Source of the DNA: Tubiluchus corallicola
Lineage: Eukaryota; Animalia; Priapulida
Direction: 5' to 3'
Length of the DNA stretch: 64,000 nt
NCBI GenBank assembly: GCA_030141605.1
Contig: JAQGDQ010000784.1
Span: forward strand, 31,989-95,988
Shown here: positions 26,581 through 38,800 of the stretch, in pieces
Layout of the letters: every line of letters starts with the position of its first letter
How positions within the stretch are numbered: position 1 is the first letter of the stretch
Made by a program: the position numbers and the translations under genes
Notes under the pieces: generated by a model
What the model was told of the DNA's origin: nothing
The model's input: the letters and a program-made list of their open reading frames with translations, nothing else
The model's database searches: none

Positions 26581-27237
26581 TGAATACGTTTTTTTTACAA
26601 ACTTGTGTATCGTTCATTATATATATATATAAGTTATATAAGTTTATTTATTTCCACTCTGCATCTAACAGTTATAATAAAAATACAGATAATTTCCCTG
26701 AAGTAAATATAAATATAAATGCAATATTATCCAGAAATTACAAAAGAGATTCTTATACAGCATATACATGTGCAAGTTACATTACGGAATAATTTTGATG
26801 CATACAGTTTGAGCCTAAAAGCATAGCTTGACAGGCCAAACTGTACGTGGAAATCTTAAAGAAATGATTAATAATTGAAATAATGATATTATATTCATAA
26901 ATGTGGGTGGGGGGAGTAGTGAATGAAAGATTAAATGGAGCGATAACGAAGAAAAACTGTGATCATGATTATAAAGTGTTCAGTAACCTGTTGAGCATAG
27001 TCACGTTTTATTAAGATTACTGTGGAAAAAGAATGCAGGTGATTACCATTATCAAACTGTGTTACTCTCAATACTTTTGAAATATTTCTTTTCTGACGGT
27101 TTTTTTACAAGTTGAAAGGGAATGACGCAACATTATAATGCAACATTGTGGTTATGTCCATGCCTTGAGTATTTAAACGGAAAAAATTTCCAAGATAGTT
27201 TAGGCCTGTTAAGCCCTAGTTATTGCCCTTTATTAAT

Positions 27238-27600
27238 AAGATGGTGGAATAATTTACCCAGTAAAATAAAACTAGCCAGTAATATAAATAAATTTAAGAA
27301 ACTTTTAAAAAAATATTTACTAGAAAATGTTTGATTAGATAAATGATGTAATATGTAAATTTTTTACCATAATTATACAATTTTATCGTACTAATTAAGT
27401 TTTCGTCTTTTTATCTGCACTTTAATTTATTTGCACCTACTTGTGTGTTTATATTGTATTAACAATTTACTACGTATTTTGTACTTTTAGCTGTAATTTT
27501 ACTTTCTGTACGTTGTCGATATGTTTTACGATGTTTTTAATGGACATGCAAGTCTCTTGACTTCAGTTCATAGATGTATTATAAAAAAATAAAGACATTT
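27238..27600 (+). mobile_element. LINE 3' fragment
   Basis: WWNNLPSKIKLASNINKFKKLLKKYLL followed by a T-rich UTR and AATAAA. Confidence 0.6.
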
Positions 27601-28212
27601 TATATTTATATTTATTAGCGCCTTCGAACAAGCACATGTAAAACATGCAGACACGCCCCCTAACATCAAATATTAGAGACCGCCACGACAATGTAAAGTT
27701 TGCTGATTTAACTCACTTCTTTGAACACACTAATTGTTATATAATATGTTATGAAATTTTGCAACTTTTATGCTGATGTACCTTGTATGCATAACACTGT
27801 TTTCAATGCTATAACCTTGAGTAAGAAATGTACGTAAAGTGACATTTGGACTAAAACACTAACGTATCGATTGTGGCATTTACCTCGTTCCTCGTGTATA
27901 CATGTAACTTGTTTTAGCCAATAAATTACATGCATACATACATAAAATAGATTATAAAACAATTACAATTTCAACATTGAAAAATACTGACACCAAACAT
28001 ACCCAGAACAAACTATATACAAACAACATAGATGGCAGCACATACATGACAATTGTAATACAGACATACTACGGTTCTATGGATATAAAGTACGTGTATT
28101 TTTTACAGTTCAACATTGGTGTACGTGTTTATCAAAACATATTTTGTAAGCAGTGTTTATGCAAAGGTTATTTCGTCACATTACCACACATTAAAACTAT
28201 TGAGCCCGTATG

Positions 28213-28479
28213 CAGGGCCAGATTAGGACCTTTCGGAGACCCTAGACTAACGAAATTATTTGGCATCCTTCTAACCCATCCTCAAACAGGATCCTTTATC
28301 TCAAATAAGGGGCCAGAAACAAGGGCCACTTTTTCAACGTTGACATTTTGTTTTAAGTTAATTGAATTACTCAGAATGAAAAAAATTCAAAATATATTCA
28401 TTTTTCAAGCTTCTATGCCCCTAAGCTTAAGGGACGCTAGGCTGCAGCCTATACTAGCCTAGAGGATAATGTGACCCTG
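28213..28479. mobile_element. Old hAT-like MITE
   Basis: CAGGGCCAGATTA...TAATGTGACCCTG termini; degenerate 8-bp flanks CCCGTATG and TCCATACG. Confidence 0.45.
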
Positions 28480-29117
28480 TCCATACGTCATAACAATATG
28501 ATTAATAAGTCAACATCAATGAACTTGTAATATCGTTACTGAAGTTTAGATTAGATCTCGTTATTGCCTGCCATTGTTTATAGTATCAACACTGGTAGCT
28601 GTGTTATAATAATAAGGGTTGCTATTATTACCTCGTGTCAACAATTAGAATCTCACTGTCACGCTGTCTGACCAACACAGGCGGATGAGCAGAGTTGAAC
28701 GGATGAGCAGAGTTGGCTTGACAGGCTTACGTCAAATTCATTAAACGCCATCTGTTGTTTAATGTTTTACTGTTTACAAAATTAATTATTTCTTGCGTCG
28801 AACAAACGCTGTTGTCAGTGCAAACAACGTAACTAAGAATAGCTGCCATTGTTGTTTTAGCACACATTTCGTGTCGTCACAATAAACAATAACAAACGTT
28901 AAAAATAATGATAAATTCTGCAATTACTTAATGGCGGCTTTCTTGGGAAGCTAGACAACTTTTAACAATGACATCATAATAAAAGTGCGCAAAAGGAAAA
29001 GTTCAAACAAATTTTTGGATCATTTAAACTCAAAATTTAATAATTATTAAGATGATTACATGTAATAATATTAGAAGTAATAATAATTTTATATACGTTG
29101 CTTTCCGTTTCTTTCAG

Positions 29118-29231
29118 GTTAAACGCTGGGACCCAGAATTTCCCGGTTCAGTAGTGGGACAAACAATGGATCATATCCCACAAACCCCTGAAGATGTGGA
29201 CGACGCATACCTGGATGCCGTCGCTATGCAG
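29118..29231 (+). CDS. Upd/IL-6-like helical cytokine, coding exon 3 (AB loop)
   Basis: TTTCTTTCAG acceptor and CAG|GTAAAT donor; 114 nt, phase 0/0; VKRWDPEFPGSVVGQTMDHIPQTPEDVDDAYLDAVAMQ. Confidence 0.8.
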
Positions 29232-30740
29232 GTAAATTATTTCACCTTACCAACATGCTCACATTTATGCGTTAACGGTACTATAAAACGGGTATGGCAA
29301 TGGCCAGAATTGAGAAGAACGAACAATGCCGTTTGAAAATTTCCACAGTAGGATCTTGTGTAGTTTTTCGCCGAATTGCTTCATACAAATTCAATTCAAA
29401 GGTTTATTTATCTCTAATATAATATTTATAACGCAAATACAACAAATTATGTAAAGTATGTAGAGATGGGGTGGCGAAAGACCAGGAGGTCATCGAGTCA
29501 GCCACCCCTATATAACTTAGAAATATTATAAAGCGCGGCAGACTACATGGTTAGGTCTTAAGTGTAGCAAATAAACAAGATGCAAAGCAGTTACATTATA
29601 ATTATACCAATGGAAAAAGGCAAGCAAATAATGCAATTAAAATTTAAAACAACCAGTGAACAAGTCATGAATGCAGCAACAAAAAAGCAAGCAATCTGGT
29701 TAAATCATAAATGTAATGGGGTTTAAAATCTGAATATGAATGGTACACCGCATGGGTCTAAAACGGTGCGCCTTTGGTATGGAACCTCCGTACATAAAGA
29801 GCAAGTAAGAACTGTATATCTGAGAAACGTTGTAGTTTACATTTTCTAACTTCAACACTCAAAGTTCTTGACTTCATGGATTCCGCATCTTGCACGCTTT
29901 ATATTTTTGAGCATCAGAACACATTTTATAGTGCTAGGAGGTATATTTACCCGTGTTTTCTACGCCTAGCTCACATGTTTAGAATTTCGTAAACATGCAT
30001 AATAAAATGATAAGTTTGCCGGCTTGTGCATGTAATAAAACGTGTAGCTTGTTGGTAATTGTGTACTACTGTGTGGAGCTGCACGTCCTATAAACGCTAA
30101 AATGCAGCGGAAGTTGTTTTTTCGTTAATTCATAGAATTTAATTATCTTTAAATGTTTTTTACTTTATTGGTATCACGCGATGCTACTGTTGTCTAGCGA
30201 GCTCATTGCAGAATAGCTTAAAATTACATCATGACGCATTTTTTCTCGCGTTTTTCGTTCATAGACATAGACATAGAACATTTATTTTCTCCAATTAGTT
30301 TGACATAAAAAGTTTTTAAATATTATGTAATTATTATCGTGGAGCAGGGCAGGGAAGGACCATAGGGTCATCTAGTCTCCTGCCCTTTCTTGTAAATAGA
30401 TTAGTATATTAAAAATAAATGGTGATGCCGCAGATAACAAAAACAAATAAGAAAAAAATAATAATAAAAACAGTATAAATGATACAAATTATCAAAAAAG
30501 AAGTGAAAACAAAAAATAATAAACCACCATGCTAATAGCCTAGTTTTCATTTAGAAATGTCCCTGTTCTTTATCACTAAAGAATATTTGTAATAAAATCT
30601 GTGGGCGGAGATTTGCTAGGTGCTTATAGCCGTGACTCGGAGGAGGTTATAAAAGTTTTATATTTCATCATTATAAAATAATGAGTTCTTACGCACTAAA
30701 TGAAATGTGGCAGATCTTATATTTCCACTTTTTATTTCAG

Positions 30741-31094
30741 TTTGCTATTGAACATCCCCGATTGTTTGAAAGTCTTCAGATATTTGCGGTCAACTTCGAG
30801 CAAATCTATCGAGATGAAGATCGTAGCCGCGGCCCGGACAACTACGCCGAAGCGTACGGCAAGTTAAAGGACAAGATGAAAGAGATGATGTGCTACATGG
30901 AGATGAACATTGCCGCCATGGGCCACCGGAAACGGCAACCGGTAGTGACGGAAGATTTCATGCCGCAAGAAGTGAGAGAGATGCAGGGGGCGGAGCAGGA
31001 CTACAGAGACTACATCACCATCAGGGACTATAGGAAAATGTTGATATATATATCAGCAGTATACGGTAGAATGCAAGAAATTAATTACTTTTAA
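30741..31094 (+). CDS. Upd/IL-6-like helical cytokine, coding exon 4 (helices B, C, D and stop)
   Basis: TTTTTATTTCAG acceptor and GC-rich coding composition; LFESLQIFAVNFEQIYRD, YGKLKDKMKEMMCYME, VTEDFMPQEVR, RDYITIRDYRKMLIYISAVY. Confidence 0.85.
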   Translation, partial: FAIEHPRLFESLQIFAVNFEQIYRDEDRSRGPDNYAEAYGKLKDKMKEMMCYMEMNIAAMGHRKRQPVVTEDFMPQEVREMQGAEQDYRDYITIRDYRKMLIYISAVYGRMQEINYF

Positions 31095-32400
31095 CAATAG
31101 ATAAGTTTAAAGTGTTGTATAGTGTTATCAACTGTTTTATGTCCAGACAGAAATAGAGTTATCGTTAGTAAGCGAGAGAGCTTTACAAAGATTCCAAAAG
31201 ATGGAGCAACCTGTCAGGGATCATTATTTTTCCAGATCCTTTCTGAAGGATATATTAAATAACGCCCACTGTAAATATAGAACCCCAAAACAGTTGAATA
31301 TATAGAGCTGTGGTTGCGCTAGGATGCCAATTAAGTTATTTTATTTGTTATTTATTATTACATTGTAAATACGAGAGAAGATTTATGTAACAATTTTTGT
31401 AATGAGTTGTGTTTCTGCTTAAACCATGCAGGAAAGCCTTTTTTCAAAACAATCGGTGCTTTACGTTAGCAGAGAAGAGCAAATACGTGTAGCTGGTTTA
31501 TATTTTGTATAATTTGTTTAAAGCTAGTAGAAATAGCTAGACCACCCATGCAGAACATACTGGTGACTTTAGACATCCAAAACTTTATACTAATATTAAG
31601 CCACTTTTTAAATTTTGTTCTAATGATGTTTTGAAGTATATAACAAACTCAGTTTAAAAAGAAAGTATAAGACACCATGCTTTCCCCCAAGAATGTCTGT
31701 TAAATCTGATATTGTATTATGAAGATAATAGTTGCTTCTGCGGCAGTCTGGAAAAGCTGCAACAATCAGTAGCTGAATAGTGCTGCCATCTAGGTAACAG
31801 TACAGTAAGCTAATCAGACACAATGCTGTCTGTTGTCGAACTTCAGATAAATTAATTTATGAAAATTTTAACACTCTGCAAACCAACTTTCAGTTTTAAT
31901 TAATAATGGGAAAGGAATTTTTTAAAAGAATTTTAAAAGATTCACTGCATTATTTATTTGTGGCAATTATTATTTATTATAAGCCTATAATCTTAAGCAT
32001 GGTTTTCTATGCACATCGGGAATACTGTTACATAATTAAGAAAAATGGAGTGCACATATCGTTAAATATAAAGTAATGATATTGCAATTAACAGCATATC
32101 ATTTTTAAGAAGACAATCAACTGTGCATAAAGTTGTGTACAGGGCTTAAATTTGTTACCGAATTTATTTAACAAACGTGCAAAGCACAACAGTACTATCA
32201 TATCGTGACACGTTCACAGTACTAATATAAATCTAGTCATTTATTATTGTAAATATAGACCTGGCTAAGTAATGTCAGAATAGGATATCAGATACGTAGA
32301 GCGGCAGACATATATTTAAGTAATGGCTTTCAAATGTATAAAGTATTAATTTATTTTTGTACTTTTGTAATTTATTGGGAATAAATTATTTTTGCAATAT
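31095..32400 (+). other. Putative 3' UTR of the cytokine-like gene with AU-rich elements
   Basis: TTATTTATT nonamers at 31348, 31950 and 31970; ATTTATTTA at about 32162; candidate AATAAA at 32380. Confidence 0.5.
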
Positions 32401-33469
32401 TTTGTGGTTTTGATCTTCGGTTTGTAGAAAGTAATATTTTAATTGCTGTACAATTTTGTGTGACACGAAAATTAGAACATTTATCAATGTTAGCTACGTT
32501 ATTCGTATCACAGTTGGCACAAAATACAACACAATACACAAAAATATAAAACACAAAAAAGTAATTAAAAACTGTAATAATTTATTCATTTATTGATGCC
32601 TACACATCACAAAACCTGGTGCAATTACAAAATCAAATGAACGATTATAACGATGGATCTTCTGTTACATTTCCGTTACTCCTATTACAACTGCTCATTA
32701 CAGCATTACAACTTGAAAATTTACACATCCGTACATTTAGTTGGCAGTACAATGGCATGACCAGATACAACTTAATATTATACGTAAGTTTTTATAAATC
32801 TATCAACAATCAGGTTCATGGTTTTAGGTGTTTTACAGAATTCACAGTTTTATAAAATTGTGACATCAAACCCGGAAGTCAAAAGTAGCAAAAAGGCATC
32901 GAAGAGAACTTGTAGATTGTAGAGAACTTATTACCTAAACATGTTCGTTGCTTGTCAAAGTTCGCAAACGATTCGAATGAACTTTTTTAATCCGAAATCG
33001 ATCTAACACAGAACTACGGATTTGAATAATTCGCCACCCCAACTATGTACATTCTTTATCATAAAAACGCTTGAAACAGGATGCTGAGTCAGCAAAATTT
33101 AGCTGCGATATCTGTGCACAATCTTAAACAAATTATTGGAATTTTTTTCAGAACAAATCAAGCAATATGCATGATCTCTGCTTTTTATGAATAATTCGTA
33201 ACTTATTCGAAAATTTTTAAAACTAATTTCGTTCCGATCCGGATTCGAAATTCGGTTTAATTCCGCGTTCAAAAGCGAAAATTTCAATTGGAATTAACTT
33301 TTTTGAGAATAAGCCAAACAATTTACACAGTGACTGCAAACACCGTGCAGTTTAGCATCTTTAGTAAATTCAAACAATAGCATATTGCAAGCAGACTTTA
33401 GACAACAGCATTTGCCCACAAGGCAAAATACAGTTTCCTTTTACAGTTGAACATAATCTTGTTATAATA

Positions 33470-34024
33470 CTTTGCTTGGCATCCTTCTGTCTTGGAAGAA
33501 AATGGAGTGTGTGCCAAGAGAGTCAGTTATTGATCACATTGACGGAGCTGCAGCGTTGACTGCGGCTGAACAATTCGATCCTTGGACCACTGGAGTGGCC
33601 TCTCCAGGGCGCACGCCTGGGCAAGGTGTATGGAGATCCTGAGTTGCCCAGACAGCAGGAACCCCCTCTCTTCCTCCCTGGTGTAGTCCAAAGGAAAGCA
33701 AAGCAATACGTTTGGCACCAAGTTGGCTGCAAGCTGCCGGAGTCAGTGAGCATGCTGCACTGGTCCGCCTTCGGGGCTCCACTCCTGATTTGGAAGGTTT
33801 ACTCCTCTACACATGGCCGTTGGGTCACTTGACCTCCTCCGTCCTCTAGCCGTTGGTTGCTTGTACAGCTCCTCCGCCTAGTGTCGAGATACAGTATGGG
33901 CATCCCGCAAGCCTACAGCACCTGGTATTCCTAGGTGGTCACCCATCCAATTACTGACCAGGCTCTACGTTGCTTAACTTCGGTGATCAGAGGAGAACCG
34001 GTGTTTTCAACGTGATTTGGCCGT
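33470..34024 (-). mobile_element. 5S rRNA-headed SINE (SINE3-type), copy 1
   Basis: Minus strand begins with a full 5S rRNA-like sequence (about 34027-33909), then a body of about 430 bp ending GGATGCCAA; TSD of about 25 bp AGTTGAACATAA(T/C)CTTGTTATAATA at 33445-33469 and 34025-34049. Confidence 0.88.
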
Positions 34025-35801
34025 AGTTGAACATAACCTTGTTATAATAACGTATATCAAAAATGCTCTAATAACTGTATAAATGACGTTACTATCCTGT
34101 AATGCTGTAACACAAAAGCTGCTGCAACATCCAATTTCACCCCAAAAGTCAAAATTGTGACTCCCCCAGTTAGATCTCAAATTTCATCCACATTATTTCA
34201 ACTTGAACACAATTCCTTATTTCTAAATAATGGAATGTTTATTTCAACGACTTCAACACTGCCACTGGCAGCAGTTCGATGTCATTACTCTATATCAAAA
34301 ATACTATCACAAATAAACATGTATACTATTTACAACATTAAAAAATCTAATTACAAACAAATCTCACGATCTCACTGAGTACTAAAAGGTAAAAATATAT
34401 TGTACATAATTAGTGAATGCAACTAGCTGCCAATAACATGAACACATAGGCCTGCTTGTGCTACAGTAAGTTTCCATACAAAATGTTCACCGCTACAAAA
34501 TACATAGACAGATAAACGAATGTCTGATCACAGTCTAGCAAAAAGTTTTTTTTTTAATTTTCAGCCTGCCGTATACCATACCACAGAGCCTATACACAAC
34601 GCCATGGAAGTTCAAGTAAAAAACGGTGCAGGAAATCGGTTTTTAACGAAGTTATCGGCAACCTGAGAATTTTCGAATGTCGTTTTGTTAGAATATTAGA
34701 AAGTATCAATACTGATTCCCGTATCAGTTTCATAAAAAAGTGAAAGACACTTTCAGCCCTGCTGTAGACTGTTGTGCACTGATCGTTTAGATTTACAAGT
34801 GTCATTTAAGGTTAACAATAAGAAAACAAAGATTATAGAGGGATCCATGGACGATCCTTGGATGACCCATAAAAATCATAATTATTGAACTTCTCTATAA
34901 CATTTGTTTTCTTCTTGTTCGTAACAATGGATGCCAAATCTATTTAAGATTAATGATACACAAATTACTAATGCTATAAAAACTCAGTGGACAGAAGATA
35001 GGATCCTTAATTCTTATAATTCAACCAGAGTTTCTGGGCAACGTCCAGTGATTAAAAAGGGAAGCATCATAAAAGTATGCATCATAAATGATATAAAAAT
35101 ATACAGCAAGTGAATTAAACTGGACATGTCGGCAATCAGCACCATGATTACATTACTCAACGCTCGTTAATTAGTGCAAAATCGTTACTCGTTCAAAAGC
35201 TAACAAGACGTATCTTGCATTTACAATGGTCGGTGATGTACGTAAAATATTAACTACATGTATAACAAATTGTTGGTCCTCGTGACATAATAATGGATTA
35301 TGGTAATACAGTCACATACGCACACAGATAAAGAAAGATTTACAACCGACACGGACTCGACATGCTTCCAGGTCCACCGTTACACATTTCACAACCTTAC
35401 CAATCACACGCATTCATACAGAGACAACGATGTTCAGCCACTAATTCCTGGCTAAAAGATCTGCTCAGTTCTATAGTTAAATATAGTTAAAACTAGTTTC
35501 TCCAGGACTAAGTTTAAGATTAAGCTCTAGCTCAGACTAGCTGCCATTGAAACGGAAAGAAACAGACCAGCAAACAGAAATTCAAACACAAATGCTGGTC
35601 TGGCAACACTCTAGTGCTTAGTTTGGCTGTTGGACAGATAAATGGTTATCACATATCCCTACGTGTAGCAACTACAATGACCCACCAAACCCAAGGACTT
35701 GTCAGTAAGTCATTTATAATGTTATAAATTACAATTCTCTAAGGATTGCATTATCGTTACAAATCTCAGTATGTTAATTGCAATGATACTGTTGGCATAC
35801 A

Positions 35802-38800
35802 TCATACAAATGAGGAAAAGCCTGGTAGTGGTGCTCGTGAGCCGGCCATGTTGTTTATAACAATATGGCCGCCAGAATTTAATGCTTGACTAGCATCGCT
35901 GTCCGTATAGCTGTACGCTGTTGGCCGAATTGGTTGCCAGTTTGGGTTATCCGAAACAGCATTTGCGTAATGATTAACGAACGAATCCGGCGGCACTTTA
36001 ACGTCCTGATCTGAATCAGTTTCGGTCTCAGAGCCGCGTGAATCGCCAGACGACAAATTGGATTTACGATCTGTTACGCTGCTATCGTCAGGCTCGGGAT
36101 AACTGTGCTGATCATCTTCATCAAAGTACGTCACGCTGCCTGGACTGGGACGAGGTGGTGTCCTAGTGTAAGAGTTCTTTCTCTGAGAGCGGCCTGATGT
36201 GCGTGATTTCTGGTTTCTCATAGACCCATTGCTTGTTATTTGTCGTCGCAATCTGTCGTCTAGCTCGTAGGCTGCAAATCCGCCGGAATCATCCAAAATG
36301 AGAAACTGATCGCCTGCTATGGCTGGAAGCGTACTTTCAGATTTTGGCAACCTTTTGCGACTTGAACCTCGATGGCAAAGAAATGCAGTGAGAAGGATAA
36401 CGATAATGATAAATGACAAAGCAACAATAATGAGAAACCAAGGCTCTTCATAGAAAAATTTGGCCAGGGCTACTGTTGGAGTCTCCATAAACTCAGAAGC
36501 AGCACTTGGTTCGCTTATTCCGTGACCATTGACAGCAATAACTCGAAAGTTGTACTTTGTCCCAGGCTTAAGAGTTGTATAGGCTATTGTGTAGCTAAGA
36601 GCAGTGCTACTTGTATTAGCGTGAAGTTCCCAAATAGCAACGTGTTCGTCTTGCTTCTCTACAAGATAATAAATGATATTTGACCAACCGCCTGTTGCTG
36701 GCCTTGACCAAGTAAGAGTTACACTTGAATCGCCAGTGCTTAGCAATGGTGTGCCTGGTGCACTTGGAGAACCGGGCTGTGGACCGGTGGTCACATTAGC
36801 AATTTTGTCCGAACCATAACCCTTGGACGTTCTTGCCGACACGTGAAATGTGTACGTCTCGTGTGTCAAAAGGCTGTGGACGTACAGCGAAGTATTTGAA
36901 GCACCCATCAGAATCTCAGTGCTAATTCCTGCCTTCCAATAAACTACTTTATATCCAGTCAGTTCACCATTAGGTTCCGGTGGTGGAAGCCATGACACAA
37001 TCAACGAAGTCATCATAATATCTGAAAAGGATACTGCACCAGGTGGTCCTGGAATGTCTTCATGAGTTCTTACTTGGACAACAGTACTGTTGGGACCAAC
37101 ACCTGCAAAGTTATATACTAGTATCTGCATGTCAATGATTGTGTATTTTGGTAGGTTACCTATAGTTTGCTCATTTGTTGCAGCAGACAAATCTAGAGAG
37201 TAGTAATTATCAGCCGAGTAAGAATAAAATAAGCGATAACCAAGAATATCGCCATTGGTAGAATCCTCGGGAGGTGGATGCCATTGTACGTGCACAGCAG
37301 TTGAATTAAGAGCTTCTGCTTTCACGCTTTCTGGTGGCGCTGTTGGTGCTGCTTCACCTACATAAAGAATCACAGGAACTGTTGCAGAACTCTTTCCTAC
37401 ACTGTTATAAGATAACATTTTTATTTCGTAGTCACGACCGCTTAACAAATTATCAAGAGTAAACATTGTGTCGTCGGGAGCAGGCACGTCAGTTTGCATG
37501 TAATCGGCCATGCTCAAATAGACCTTATGAAGTATCTGATATCCCCCTCGCTCGCCATTCCAAGTTTCCAGAGGTGGCACATCCCAAGAAATCTGAACAG
37601 AAGTTTGTGTAATGGGAAATACTTTGAGGTCAGACGGTGGCAAGGATGGTTTGTCAATAAGGGTTTTTACAACAGATGAAGCATCACTCCATGGACTAAC
37701 TCCCTTGTCATTGGTTGCCTGCATCCTAAAGCTGTAGTCAGTGTTTGGATACAGCCCTGTTACTGTATGGGAAGTAACATCTGGAGCAACACGATCTGGA
37801 TGAGAATTCCAAATTTGATTATTTCCTGTTCGCAGCTGTATGGTATAATAGCGAATAGGACTATATCCGTCACTTCCGGTTCTCCAAGACACTGTTGCAC
37901 TGCGTGACTCAATCTGTGACGGACTTACTGTTACATCACGCGGCGCATCTGGTGTGCCACGATTGGAAATAGTATACAAACGTACAATGGCAGGCTGACC
38001 CCATCCCAAACGTGTTGAAGCAGACAAACGGAAGATATAGTACTGCTCTCGCTGCAAGTTGTTCACGCTGTATGAATGTACGTTAGGACCTAAATCATCA
38101 TTAACAATACTTGAACCCTCTCCTAAGTTCTCTAACCAGTATTCAATTTTGTAACCAGTCAGATGACCATTGGGCTCTAATGGGTCATTCCATGTAACGA
38201 TCGCAGTAGTATAAGTAACATCTGGGAAAAATACATCAGTTGGTGGACCAGGAACGTCTTCATACGTTTGAGCATGAGTGGGATTGCTCAAAACACCATC
38301 TCCCACTCTTGTGTAGCCCAAAACCATGAAAGTATAAGTGACAAAACTACGTAATCCTTGCAATAGCACATGTCTTGTACTGTTGCCTGGCACATCATGT
38401 GTTTGAAATTGAATTTCTGGATTACCGTAATGTATCTTATACCCCAGGATGACACCATTTCTGTCTCTCCCCGGAATATCACTCCAGTCCACCATGATGG
38501 TTCTGGATCCCGTTGTTGTTGCATTTACAGAAGAAGGTCCGGCACTGGGAGTAGACTCTCTTGTCATCGCTTCTGTTACTCCACTAAATGGACTTGAACC
38601 AACATTATTATAAGCTGCAATTTGAACACGATATGCTGTAAAAGCCTCAAGATTCTTCAAAACAAAACTGTTTGTATATGGATCTGAGATGATTTCATAT
38701 GTAAGCACTGATCCTAAGTACACGGGTTCATGCGTTAAGTTATAGCCTCTTGGGATGCCGTTCCAATGTGTATCTGGTAAAGGGGTCCAGCGCAAAGTTA

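Noticed and set aside
33523-33832. Paralogous short ORFs here and at 53577-54009
   Set aside because: They lie within the SINE body and their frames are not conserved between copies.
33909-34027. Functional 5S rRNA gene
   Set aside because: There is no oligo-T terminator; the sequence runs into a shared SINE body and is enclosed by TSDs. The second copy at about 53336 is degraded.
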